Source: Vicinamibacterales bacterium (GTDB lineage Bacteria > Acidobacteriota > Vicinamibacteria > Vicinamibacterales > UBA8438). From it: a DNA stretch of 64,000 nucleotides. Position 1 is the stretch's first letter. Every line of letters begins with the position of its first letter. The notes beneath the pieces were generated by a model. The model did no database searches and was not told the DNA's origin. It worked only from the letters and a program-made list of their open reading frames with translations. The position numbers and the translations under genes are program-made. The stretch is from contig OZ220718.1 of assembly GCA_965116765.1 (NCBI GenBank), positions 2,333,633-2,397,632 of the forward strand, in the 5' to 3' direction. This document shows positions 48,160 to 57,334 of the stretch, piece by piece.

Positions 48160-51100
48160 CTAGAAGCGGGCGGTGATCGCGAACTGGATGACGCGGCCTT
48201 CGAGCATCCGGTTGCCGCGCTCCCAGGAGGTCAGCGCCTGGTAGTCGGCCCCGGTGCTGCCGCGCCCGTTCCGCGACCCACCCTGGTCAAGGACGACGTT
48301 GTTGTTGAGGACGTTGTAGAACGAGAACCGCGTGTCGTACCGCCAAGTCCCGATGTTGAACACCTTCTGGATGTTCACGTCGAGCTGCGTCCAGTACGGC
48401 TCGAACTTCACGCTGCTCAGCGGAACCATCGGATACCACTCGCCGCCGGTGCTCCGCTCGATGATGCCGAGACCGTCGGGCATGATGTTCTGACCGAGCA
48501 TGCACGGCGCCACGCAGTGGCCGGGCTGACCGTAGAGCTCGGGCGAGTAGGTCCGGTACTTGTCGTTGGTCGACGTGCGGTGGACGTAGAGGCCCTCCTG
48601 CAGGCCGCCCCAACTGCCCAGACCGCCCGGATACGCCTGCAGCGAGAAGCCGGCCTGCAGGTCGCCGATGCCCGGCAGCGAGAACGGCTGCGTGCCCGAC
48701 AGCTTGAACTCGTTCCGGAACGGCCGCGGATACGAGCCCGCGTCGCAGAACCGGAGGTTGTGCGGCTCGTCGCCCCGCTCGAGGATGTCGGAGCACGCGT
48801 TCACCTCGCCGCCGTACCGGCTGCCCGCGCCGCTGTTCTGGTCGTAGCCGTAGATCGACGTCCGGCCCGTGTCCTCCATCGACCAGCCGCCGAACAGGGT
48901 GCCGCCGCCGGGCATACGGCCCTGGATGCTCAGCTCGAAGCCCCGGTAGACGTTGGTGTAGCCGGGGCCCCGCGTGCGGTCGGTGAAGCCCTCCTGGTTC
49001 GTCCGCACCGCCGGGTCGATGCTGAACGCGGTGAAGTGCCCGACCATCGGGTACGGCCGCGCCACCTGGAAGTGCCGCACCGGGTTCCCCATGGTGTTGC
49101 CAAGGGCATACGCCGGGTCGGGCGTGCCGTCCGGCATCGCCCCGAAGTCCGAGAAGTTCCAATTCGGGTTGTCGTCCCACCACGTGTTGTGGTACGTCCG
49201 CTGCCGGTACTCGCCGCTCAGCGAGATGCCCGGGAAGACCTCCTGCTGGATGCCGGCGGTCCAGATGCGGTTGTACTCGCGCGCGCTGATGTCGGGCAGC
49301 CGGGTCGGGCTCGAGCTCGAGCCGAAGCTCGTGTTCGAGATGGCCCCGACCTCCCAGTTCTGGGCAATGCCGTCCCAGTTCGTCCCGTAGGCGTTGAGCA
49401 TGTTGCCCATGGCGTCCATGGCGCAGGCGTCGCCCGCGGCGTTCATCTGGCAGTCGTACCAGTCGCGGTTGTCGGAGCGCAGGAACCCGTAGGCGTAGCG
49501 GCGGGCGAGGTTGCCGCCGATGTCGCGCACGTACTTGTTCCAGCCGAACTTCAGCGCCGTGCGGGCATCGCCGAACACGTCGTAGGCCACGCTCAGCCGC
49601 GGCGAGAAGTCGGGGCCGAAGCTGGGCAGCTCGCTCTGCGGGCGACCCGGCTGCACGTAGGCGGGCACGAACCGGCCCGGGCCCTTGGGCACCTCGGGAA
49701 TCGAGACCGCCGAGAAGTCGACCCGCATCCCGTAGTTCAGGGTCAGCCGGTCGATGGTCCACGAGTCCTGGGCGTAGAAGCCGCCGTTGTAGTCGAGCTT
49801 GTAGGACAGGAACGACGGGTCCGAGAGGACGTTTACGCTGTCGGGCGTGCCGAGCAGGCCGCAGTTCCCCTGCGTGGTGCCGGCAGCCTCGTTCGCCGTC
49901 GCCTGGGGATGGTCGCAGTTGAACCAGGGCATGCCGTAGACGAGCGGCGAGTTCTGGATCAGGTTCCCCATGGGATGGGCGCCGTCGTCGTAGAACAACT
50001 GGATGTTGCCGTTGCTGCTGTTCGTGTGCCGGTTGTGGCCGTTCGAGAAGTTCATCCCGAACTTGAAGCTGTGCGAGCCGGTGACGTAGGACAGCGCGCT
50101 CTGGTAGGCCCAGCGGTGCGTGTAGTTGTTGTTCTCGCCCCACTGCCGGGCGCCGTACTCCAGTCCGAGCCGTCCGTCGATGCTGGGCGTCTGGGTGTAC
50201 CAGGGGTCGCCGCCCATGCCCGCCGGCATCTGCGCCATGTGCGCGGCCGAGCCCACCTCGGGGAAGCACGGCGTCGAGTAGCAGGTCGCCAGCGAGGCCG
50301 CGTCGGGCTTCGGCTGAACGATGAGGTTGCCGTCCTCGCGGTACCGGTAGTAGCCGGGGTCCCAGTCCTCGTAGACCAGCGAGAACCCGAACTCGGCCAG
50401 CATCCGGTTCGACAGCGTCCCCGTCCACTTCGCCGTCCCGGTGTCGTAGTGCGGGGACGTCCACGACGATGCCGCCGTGTTCAGGTCCTCGCCCGGGTTG
50501 TGCTGGCTGAACCGGCGCTTCCGAACCTTGTCGAACATCGCCGAGATCTTGTGCTGCTGCGTCATCTGCCACGTCAGCCGCACGTTCGCGCTGTGGATGG
50601 TGTTGTTGTCCAGACCCTGCGTGCCGTCGGGGTTGATGCTGTTGGTGATCTCGTTGTTCACCCCGTTCCACCGGCCCGTCGAGAAGAACCACAGACGGTC
50701 GCGGAAGATCGGGCCCCCGATGGCCCCGTTGTTGTCGTAGATCAGGGCGACGCCGGTCGGCTGCGAGAGACCCTGGGCCTGCGCCTGCTGCGGCAGGCCC
50801 TTCGCCTGCCAGTTGCCCGGCGTGAAGCCCGTGAACCAGTTCCCGCTGAACTGGTTGCCGCCCTCGTTCGGGATCATGTTGATGCGCAGCCCGCCGTTCT
50901 GCGTCTCGGCGCCCTGACCCGAGGTCGTGTACGACGTCTCGGCCGCCAGCATCGGGTTCAGGTAGGCCTGGTACCGGCCGTCGCTGATCATCGTGTTGAT
51001 CATCATCCCGTCGACCTCGATGGTCGTGTGGGCGGCGTCGAGGCCGCGGCCCATCATCTCGGACTGCTGCACCCCCGCGGTGCCGCCCACGTCCGGCTTG

Positions 51101-51588
51101 TGGACCTTGACCCCCGGGATCAGGAGCGCGTACGACCACATGCTGCGGCCGGTCGGAATCGCCTCCTGCGTCTCGCGGGTCATGACCTCGATGCGCTGCA
51201 CCTGCTGAACGTCGACCACCGGCGTCTCGCCGGAAACCGTGATGGTCTCCTCGACCGAGCCGACCGACATCTGCACGTCGATGGGCAGGGTCACGTCGGC
51301 GCCGAGGATGAGCTGGTCACGCACGAGCGTGCCGAACCCGGGCAGGGTGAAGACGACGGTGTACTCGCCCGGCCGCAGGTCGATGATGTTGTACGCGCCG
51401 GTGCCGTCGGTGAAGACAACGCGCGATCCTTCGATGAGAACGTCGCTCGACGCCTCGACGGTCACACCGGGCAGCACGCCCCCGGTGTCATCCGTGACCG
51501 TGCCCGCAATAGAGCTCTGCGCCACGGCCGCAGCGGGCGCGAGCAGCAGCACCGCTGCCGCGACCGCAAGGAACCTACCCAACCTCAT
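48160..51588 (-). CDS. TonB-dependent receptor C (1142 aa)
   Basis: RBS ggaggagg, MRLGRFLAVAAAV signal peptide, paralogue of A and B. Confidence 0.92.
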   Translation of the reverse strand: MRLGRFLAVAAAVLLLAPAAAVAQSSIAGTVTDDTGGVLPGVTVEASSDVLIEGSRVVFTDGTGAYNIIDLRPGEYTVVFTLPGFGTLVRDQLILGADVTLPIDVQMSVGSVEETITVSGETPVVDVQQVQRIEVMTRETQEAIPTGRSMWSYALLIPGVKVHKPDVGGTAGVQQSEMMGRGLDAAHTTIEVDGMMINTMISDGRYQAYLNPMLAAETSYTTSGQGAETQNGGLRINMIPNEGGNQFSGNWFTGFTPGNWQAKGLPQQAQAQGLSQPTGVALIYDNNGAIGGPIFRDRLWFFSTGRWNGVNNEITNSINPDGTQGLDNNTIHSANVRLTWQMTQQHKISAMFDKVRKRRFSQHNPGEDLNTAASSWTSPHYDTGTAKWTGTLSNRMLAEFGFSLVYEDWDPGYYRYREDGNLIVQPKPDAASLATCYSTPCFPEVGSAAHMAQMPAGMGGDPWYTQTPSIDGRLGLEYGARQWGENNNYTHRWAYQSALSYVTGSHSFKFGMNFSNGHNRHTNSSNGNIQLFYDDGAHPMGNLIQNSPLVYGMPWFNCDHPQATANEAAGTTQGNCGLLGTPDSVNVLSDPSFLSYKLDYNGGFYAQDSWTIDRLTLNYGMRVDFSAVSIPEVPKGPGRFVPAYVQPGRPQSELPSFGPDFSPRLSVAYDVFGDARTALKFGWNKYVRDIGGNLARRYAYGFLRSDNRDWYDCQMNAAGDACAMDAMGNMLNAYGTNWDGIAQNWEVGAISNTSFGSSSSPTRLPDISAREYNRIWTAGIQQEVFPGISLSGEYRQRTYHNTWWDDNPNWNFSDFGAMPDGTPDPAYALGNTMGNPVRHFQVARPYPMVGHFTAFSIDPAVRTNQEGFTDRTRGPGYTNVYRGFELSIQGRMPGGGTLFGGWSMEDTGRTSIYGYDQNSGAGSRYGGEVNACSDILERGDEPHNLRFCDAGSYPRPFRNEFKLSGTQPFSLPGIGDLQAGFSLQAYPGGLGSWGGLQEGLYVHRTSTNDKYRTYSPELYGQPGHCVAPCMLGQNIMPDGLGIIERSTGGEWYPMVPLSSVKFEPYWTQLDVNIQKVFNIGTWRYDTRFSFYNVLNNNVVLDQGGSRNGRGSTGADYQALTSWERGNRMLEGRVIQFAITARF

Positions 51589-51662
51589 AACGTGCACCTC
51601 CTCCATCAGAGACAACCACCGATTCATCGGTTTCCTCCGTCCGTCACAACGTGGCCCGGCCC

Positions 51663-52406
51663 TCAGTTGCGCCGGTCGCCGAGCCTCACGACGAAGCCGA
51701 GCGAGAACGACAGCTCCTTGAAGTCCTCGCCGCCCGGGTTCACCAGCGAGGACGTCCCGCTCAGGTCGGTCTGCGCGTCCTCGTTGGGATACATGGTCAG
51801 CCGGTAGTCCGCCTGGATGCGGAACGCCGTGTTCGGGGTCATGTCGATATCGACCCCGCCGCCGGGCTGGATCGCCCAGTGGGTCGCGGTGTGCGCGAAG
51901 AAGCCGATCTTGCGCAGCGAACGCGCCACCCCGAACAGCGCGTGGAAGTACGGCCGCACGCCGCCCGCCTGCATGTGGAAACGCGGGCCGCCGACGACGC
52001 TGGCGGTCTGGATGTGCACCTGGCACAGGTTCGCGTGCTCGTCCACGAACAACGGCGAGCAGTACTCCCGCTCGGGCCGGTTGAACGAGAGGGCCTGGAA
52101 GTCCTGGTTCGGGTTGGGCCGTACCGGCATGTCGTTCGGCCCCCCGGAGTACATGGGGTGCGCGTCGATGCCGCGCCGGTAGTGCCCGTTCACGTCGAGG
52201 GCGAGCGAGAGGCCCTCGTTCACCTGGTACGACGTGTCGAAGAAGAAGCCGAGGGGCAGGTTGGACGCGTTGGCGGCCAACTGGTCGTTCGTCAGGAACG
52301 AGTACCCGACCGCCAGGTCCCCGCCGACCTGCGCCGAGGCCGGCTGGGGCGAGCCGAGCGCCACCACCGCCGCCAGCACATAACCGAATACAAGATGCCT
52401 ACGCAT
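51663..52406 (-). CDS. Small outer-membrane beta-barrel protein, copy 2 (247 aa)
   Basis: Mature sequence almost identical to 36418-37158 with a different signal peptide; RBS ggaggagg. Confidence 0.87.
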   Translation of the reverse strand: MRRHLVFGYVLAAVVALGSPQPASAQVGGDLAVGYSFLTNDQLAANASNLPLGFFFDTSYQVNEGLSLALDVNGHYRRGIDAHPMYSGGPNDMPVRPNPNQDFQALSFNRPEREYCSPLFVDEHANLCQVHIQTASVVGGPRFHMQAGGVRPYFHALFGVARSLRKIGFFAHTATHWAIQPGGGVDIDMTPNTAFRIQADYRLTMYPNEDAQTDLSGTSSLVNPGGEDFKELSFSLGFVVRLGDRRN

Positions 52407-52530
52407 TATCCAGAACCTCCTCCGAGAGCCGTATCCACCGTTCGCACCCAGTCTGCCGCCCGACTGGAACTCCCCGACGCCACCGAGCGCTGCCCGGGAC
52501 GCACGCGGAGCCGGTGCCGCTCCCTCTACA

Positions 52531-52547
52531 AGCAAGCACCGTGCCGT
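52531..52547 (-). promoter_or_regulatory. Sigma54 (-24/-12) promoter
   Basis: Minus strand ACGGCACG-GTGC-TTGCT, 125 bp upstream of barrel 2. Confidence 0.72.
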
Positions 52548-52932
52548 TCGCATGCCGGAACCCGAGCCGCGCGATTCACGTAGGTACGCGCGCACCTGCC
52601 GGACACCGAGGCCGTTCGCCAATCCAAAACATTGGAGAACCATCCAACGATTTGGTGGGCAGCCCGCACCGCCGACCGAAGAGTGCCATGCGGTCCGCCA
52701 TCACGCCGCCGGAAGTATAGGCCACTCACCGCCGTCGGAGGCGCGGGAAAGCGCTCCGACAAACCGGAAGTTCCAGTTCCGACGGACGAAAAGTTCCACT
52801 TGACGCGCAATTAACCGTGCACCGTACCCGTTTGTCGCCCGTGGGTCAACAAGAATCTCGACCCGTGCCGTTCCCCGACCCGCCTCCGCGGGCCGGGAGG
52901 GCCCCCGGCGCGTCTGCTACACTGGCGCTGAC

Positions 52933-55092
52933 ATGCTCGACCGGCTGCGTACCGCCCGGCCTCGCCACCGCGCGTGGCCCCGCATGGCCGGCGCCGCCCT
53001 CGCCGCGTGGCTCGGATCGGCCGCCGGCGCGGAGAGCGCCCCCGGCCCGGCGCCGCTCGAGGCCGGCGCGCAGACCCGGAGCCGGCCCGCGCCCGGGCAG
53101 ATCACCTTCACCCGCGAAATCGCCCCCCTTCTTCTCGATCACTGCGCCGCGTGCCACCAGCCCGGGGGCGTGGCGCCGTTCAGCGTGCTGACCTACGCCG
53201 AGGTCCGGCCGTGGGCGCGGGCGGTCCGGCAGTCGGTCCTGACGCGCTCGATGCCGCCGTGGAAACCGGCGCCGGGCTACGGGGGCCCGTTCGTGGCCGA
53301 GCGGCGGCTGAGCGACGCCGAGATCGACCTGATCGCGCGCTGGGTCGACGCCGGCGCCCCCGAGGGGGACCCCGCCGTTCTCCCGCCGACCCGGCACGAA
53401 GCCGGGGCGTCCGGCTGGCGGCTCGGCACGCCCGATCTCGTGATCGAGATGCCCGAGCCCTACCTGCTCCGCGCCGGCGGCGACGGAGACGACATGCTCC
53501 GCAATTTCGCGATACCCATCCCGGTCCGCGAGACGCGGTACGTGAAGGGCCTGGAGTTCCAGCCCGGGAACCCGCGGGTCGTCCATCACGCCAACCTCAA
53601 GATCGACCCCACCCCGGCGTCGCGCCGGCTCGACGCGGAAGACCCGGAGCCCGGCTACCAGGGGGTCACGCCGTTCTCCGCCCGGTTCCCGCGCGGCTAC
53701 TTCCTGGGGTGGACGCCGGGGCAGGCGCGCCCCCTGGAGGCCGAGGGTATGGCCTGGCGCCTCGACCCCGGGTCGGACCTGCTGCTCGAGCTGCACCTGA
53801 CGCCAAGGGAAGAACCCGAGGAGGTGCGGCCCCGCATCGGCTTCTTCTTCACCGACGAGGCCCCGACCAAGAACCCGTTCACGATCCGGCTCGGCAAGCA
53901 GGACCTGGTCATTCCGCCGGGCGCGGCCGACTACCGCAGCGTGGACCGCTACGTGCTGCCGGTCGACGTCGAGGTGCACGGCGTACAGCCGCACGCCCAC
54001 TATCTGGCCGAGGAGGTGCGGGGGTACGCCACCCTGCCCGACGGGACCCGCCGGTCCCTCATCCGCATCGACGACTGGGACTTCCACTGGCAGGACTTCT
54101 ACCGCTACGAGACGCCGTTCGTGCTGCCCCGGGGCACCGAGCTGGCAATGGAGTTCACCTACGACAACTCCGTGGGCAACCCCGACAACCGCTTCGCGCC
54201 GCCCCGCCGCGTGAGGTGGGGCCAGGACTCGTCGGACGAGATGGGCGACCTGTGGATCCAGGTGGTGCCCGTCCGCCCCGCCGACCTCGAGCCGCTGATC
54301 CGCGACCGGCGGCCGACGGAGCTCGCCGAGGACATCGTGGGCTTCGAGATGGAGCTCGCCGCCGACCCCGACCAGGTGATGATGCACGACGACGTCGCGT
54401 CCCTCTACCTGCAGTTCGGGCAGATCGACGAGGCGGTGGGGCACTACCGGGAATCGGTGCGCCTGCAGCCCGAGTCTCCCGCCGCCGCCTACAACCTGGG
54501 CACGGGGCTGCTGCAGGCGGGAGAGCTCGACGAAGCGGCCGCCCACCTCGAGCGGGCGCTGCGGCTGAATCCCGACTACGCCCTCGCCCACAACAACCTC
54601 GGCGCCGTCTTCCGGCTCCAGGGCCGGCTGGGGGACGCGGCGCGGCATTTCCGGCGGTCGCTCGCCATCCGCCCCGACGATGGCGAGGCGCTCTACAACC
54701 TGGCCAACGTGCTGATGATGCAGGGGGCGCTGGACGAGGCGGCCGCGCTGTACCGGCGGGCGGTCGAGGCAACGCCCGACGCGCCCGAGCCGGCGGCCGA
54801 GCTGGCGTGGTTGCTCGCGGCCCACCCGGACCCGACGCGCCGCGACCCCGCCCGCGCCGTCGCCCTCGCGGAGCGGGCCGCCGCCCTGACCGATCACGCG
54901 CAGCCGGCGGTGCTCGACGTGCTCGCCGCCGCCTACGCCGCGGCCGGCCGGCTCGACCGCGCCGTCGCCACCGCCGAGAGGGCCCTCGGCCTGGTCCCCG
55001 CCGACCGCGGCGACATGGCCGCGGTCATCCGCGGGCGGCTCGAAGGGTACCGCCGCGCGCTCGCGCAACGGCCCGCGCGGCAGCGACGGTGA
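52933..55092 (+). CDS. Cytochrome c / copper type II (PHM/DBH-like) monooxygenase / TPR fusion protein
   Basis: CAACH...SMPPW heme domain; VVHHA, LELH, PHAHY, WDFHWQ, DEM copper-site motifs; C-terminal TPRs. Confidence 0.85.
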   Translation: MLDRLRTARPRHRAWPRMAGAALAAWLGSAAGAESAPGPAPLEAGAQTRSRPAPGQITFTREIAPLLLDHCAACHQPGGVAPFSVLTYAEVRPWARAVRQSVLTRSMPPWKPAPGYGGPFVAERRLSDAEIDLIARWVDAGAPEGDPAVLPPTRHEAGASGWRLGTPDLVIEMPEPYLLRAGGDGDDMLRNFAIPIPVRETRYVKGLEFQPGNPRVVHHANLKIDPTPASRRLDAEDPEPGYQGVTPFSARFPRGYFLGWTPGQARPLEAEGMAWRLDPGSDLLLELHLTPREEPEEVRPRIGFFFTDEAPTKNPFTIRLGKQDLVIPPGAADYRSVDRYVLPVDVEVHGVQPHAHYLAEEVRGYATLPDGTRRSLIRIDDWDFHWQDFYRYETPFVLPRGTELAMEFTYDNSVGNPDNRFAPPRRVRWGQDSSDEMGDLWIQVVPVRPADLEPLIRDRRPTELAEDIVGFEMELAADPDQVMMHDDVASLYLQFGQIDEAVGHYRESVRLQPESPAAAYNLGTGLLQAGELDEAAAHLERALRLNPDYALAHNNLGAVFRLQGRLGDAARHFRRSLAIRPDDGEALYNLANVLMMQGALDEAAALYRRAVEATPDAPEPAAELAWLLAAHPDPTRRDPARAVALAERAAALTDHAQPAVLDVLAAAYAAAGRLDRAVATAERALGLVPADRGDMAAVIRGRLEGYRRALAQRPARQRR

Positions 55093-55208
55093 CCGCGACG
55101 ACCCCGGCCGCGCCACCGAGACGCCCCGCGGCCTCGCCCCACGGGGAGCCTGCCGGGCGGCGGGAGACCGTCCGGCCGCGCCGTTCCGAGCCGGCCGACT
55201 GATTCAGC

Positions 55209-57323
55209 ATGTCCTCACGCCGACGACGACGCCGCCCCGCGCCCGCGCCTCCACGCCGGTCGGCCCCGGCAACGCCGACCCGTCGAACCGCGGATCGGAC
55301 GGCCGGGAGTGGATTCGGCCGCATCGCGCTCGCCATCTTCGGCCTCGCCCTCGCGGTCCGGCTCGTCCACGTCTGGCAGCTCCGCTCGGCCCCGTTCTTC
55401 GACCTCGCGATGGGCGACGCGCAGAGCTACCACGCGTGGGGCCTGGAGATCGCGGGCGGCGACTGGCTGGGCGCCGAGACCTTCTACCAGGCGCCGCTGT
55501 ATCCGTACTTCCTCGGGCTCGTCTACACCCTCTTCGGCCCCAGCCTGCTCGCAGTGCGGCTGTGCCAGATCGTGCTGGGGTCGGCCGCCTGCGCCCTGCT
55601 CGCGATGGCCGGCCGGCGGCTCTTCTCGCAGGAGGCGGGCATCGTCGCCGGCCTCATGCTGGCGGTCTACGCGCCCGCGATCTTCTTCGACGGTCTGGTC
55701 CAGAAGACCGCGGTGGGCCTGTTCCTGCTGTGCCTCCTCCTCGCCCTGCTCGCCCGGCTCGTCACCGAGCCGGGCCGGCCCCGGGCGTGGCTGTGGCCCG
55801 GCGTGGTCCTGGGCGCCCTCGTGCTGACGCGCGAGAACGCCCTCGTCTTCGCCGCGGTGCTGCTGGGCTGGCTCGTGGTGTCGCGCGACACGGGGCGGCG
55901 GCACCTCGCGCGGGCGGGGGCGCTCGCCCTCGGGCTGGCCCTCGTGCTCCTGCCGGTGGCGGCGCGGAACCAGGCGGTCGGCGGCGAGTTCCTGCTGACG
56001 ACGGCCCAGCTCGGACCCAACTTCTACATCGGCAACAACCCCGATGCCGACGGCACCTACCGCCCCCTCGTGCCGGGGCGCGGCGACCCCCGGTTCGAGC
56101 GTCGGGACGCCACGCAGATCGCGGAGCGCGAGGTCGGGGCCCCGCTGACCCCGGGGCAGGTGTCGAGCTACTGGACGGGCCGGGCGCTCCGGTACGTCAG
56201 CAGCCAGCCCGGGGACTGGCTGCGGCTGACCGGGCGCAAGGTGATGCTGACCCTGAACGGGTCGGAGGTGGCCGACACCGAGGACCAGCTCAGCCACGCC
56301 GACTGGTCGCTCCCGCTCCGCCTCGCCGGCCACGTCTGGCACTTCGGCCTGCTCGCGCCGCTGGGGGTGGCGGGCATCTGCCTGACGTGGGGCCGGCGCC
56401 GGCAGCTGCGGCCGTTCCACCTGATGCTCGCCGCCTACGCGGCGAGCGTGGTGCTGTTCGCGGTGATGGGGCGCTACCGCCACCCCCTGGCCCCGCTGCT
56501 GATGCTGTTCGCGGCGGCGGGGGCGGCGGCGGTCTGGGAGATGGCGAGGGGCCGAAAGAGGACGGGATGGACCCGGCAGACGGCCTGGGCCGGCGCGACG
56601 GTGGCCGGGCTGCTCGTCGTCTGCAACTGGCCGGTGCTCTCGATGGGCGACATGCGCGCCATCACCGCCCTGAACCTGGGGACCGAGCTGCAGGCCGAGG
56701 GCCGGCTCGACGAGGCCGTCGAGCAGTACCGGCAGGTGCTCGCGCTGACCCCCGACGACGCCCTCGCCCACAGCAACCTCGGCACCGCCCTCGCCGCCCA
56801 GGGGCGGCTCGACGAGGCGGTCGGCCACTACGAGCGGGCGCTGGCCCAGGCGCCGGGGGACGCCGACGCCCACTCCAACCTCGGCAACGCCCTCTTGTCG
56901 CTCGGCCGGACCGAAGAGGGCATCGCGAGCCTCCGGCGGGCCCTCGACATCGACCCGGGCTCGGCCGAGGCCCACGCGGCCCTGGGCATCGCCCTGCACG
57001 ACGGGGGCGAGCTCGACGACGCCATCGTGCATCTGCGCCGCGCCGTCGACCTCGGCGTCGTCACCGCCGAGCTGCACAACCGGCTGGGCATCGCGCTCGG
57101 CTCGGCGGGCCGGCTCGACGAGGCGGCGGTCGAGTTCCGCCGCGCCGTCGACCTCGAGCCGGGCCACGTCGACGCCCACGCCAACCTCGGCACCGCCCTC
57201 CAACTGCAGGGGCGGCTCGACGAGGCCGTCGCGCAGTTCCGGGCCGCGCTGCGGGTGGCGCCGGACCATCCCGACCTGCAGGGCCGGCTCGACGCGGCGC
57301 TCGCCGAGCTGGCGAGGCGCTGA
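55209..57323 (+). CDS. GT-C (family 39/PMT-like) membrane glycosyltransferase with C-terminal TPRs
   Basis: GDAQSYHAW, FYQAPLYPYFLG, LTREN, NFYIGNNP, RYRHP, many TM helices, then ~6 TPRs. Confidence 0.85.
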   Translation: MSSRRRRRRPAPAPPRRSAPATPTRRTADRTAGSGFGRIALAIFGLALAVRLVHVWQLRSAPFFDLAMGDAQSYHAWGLEIAGGDWLGAETFYQAPLYPYFLGLVYTLFGPSLLAVRLCQIVLGSAACALLAMAGRRLFSQEAGIVAGLMLAVYAPAIFFDGLVQKTAVGLFLLCLLLALLARLVTEPGRPRAWLWPGVVLGALVLTRENALVFAAVLLGWLVVSRDTGRRHLARAGALALGLALVLLPVAARNQAVGGEFLLTTAQLGPNFYIGNNPDADGTYRPLVPGRGDPRFERRDATQIAEREVGAPLTPGQVSSYWTGRALRYVSSQPGDWLRLTGRKVMLTLNGSEVADTEDQLSHADWSLPLRLAGHVWHFGLLAPLGVAGICLTWGRRRQLRPFHLMLAAYAASVVLFAVMGRYRHPLAPLLMLFAAAGAAAVWEMARGRKRTGWTRQTAWAGATVAGLLVVCNWPVLSMGDMRAITALNLGTELQAEGRLDEAVEQYRQVLALTPDDALAHSNLGTALAAQGRLDEAVGHYERALAQAPGDADAHSNLGNALLSLGRTEEGIASLRRALDIDPGSAEAHAALGIALHDGGELDDAIVHLRRAVDLGVVTAELHNRLGIALGSAGRLDEAAVEFRRAVDLEPGHVDAHANLGTALQLQGRLDEAVAQFRAALRVAPDHPDLQGRLDAALAELARR

Positions 57324-57334
57324 AGCTTCTTGCG

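Noticed and set aside
32902-51588. Diversity-generating retroelement or invertase shufflon behind receptor variation
   Set aside because: No reverse transcriptase, no adenine-specific TR/VR pair, all copies co-oriented and full length.
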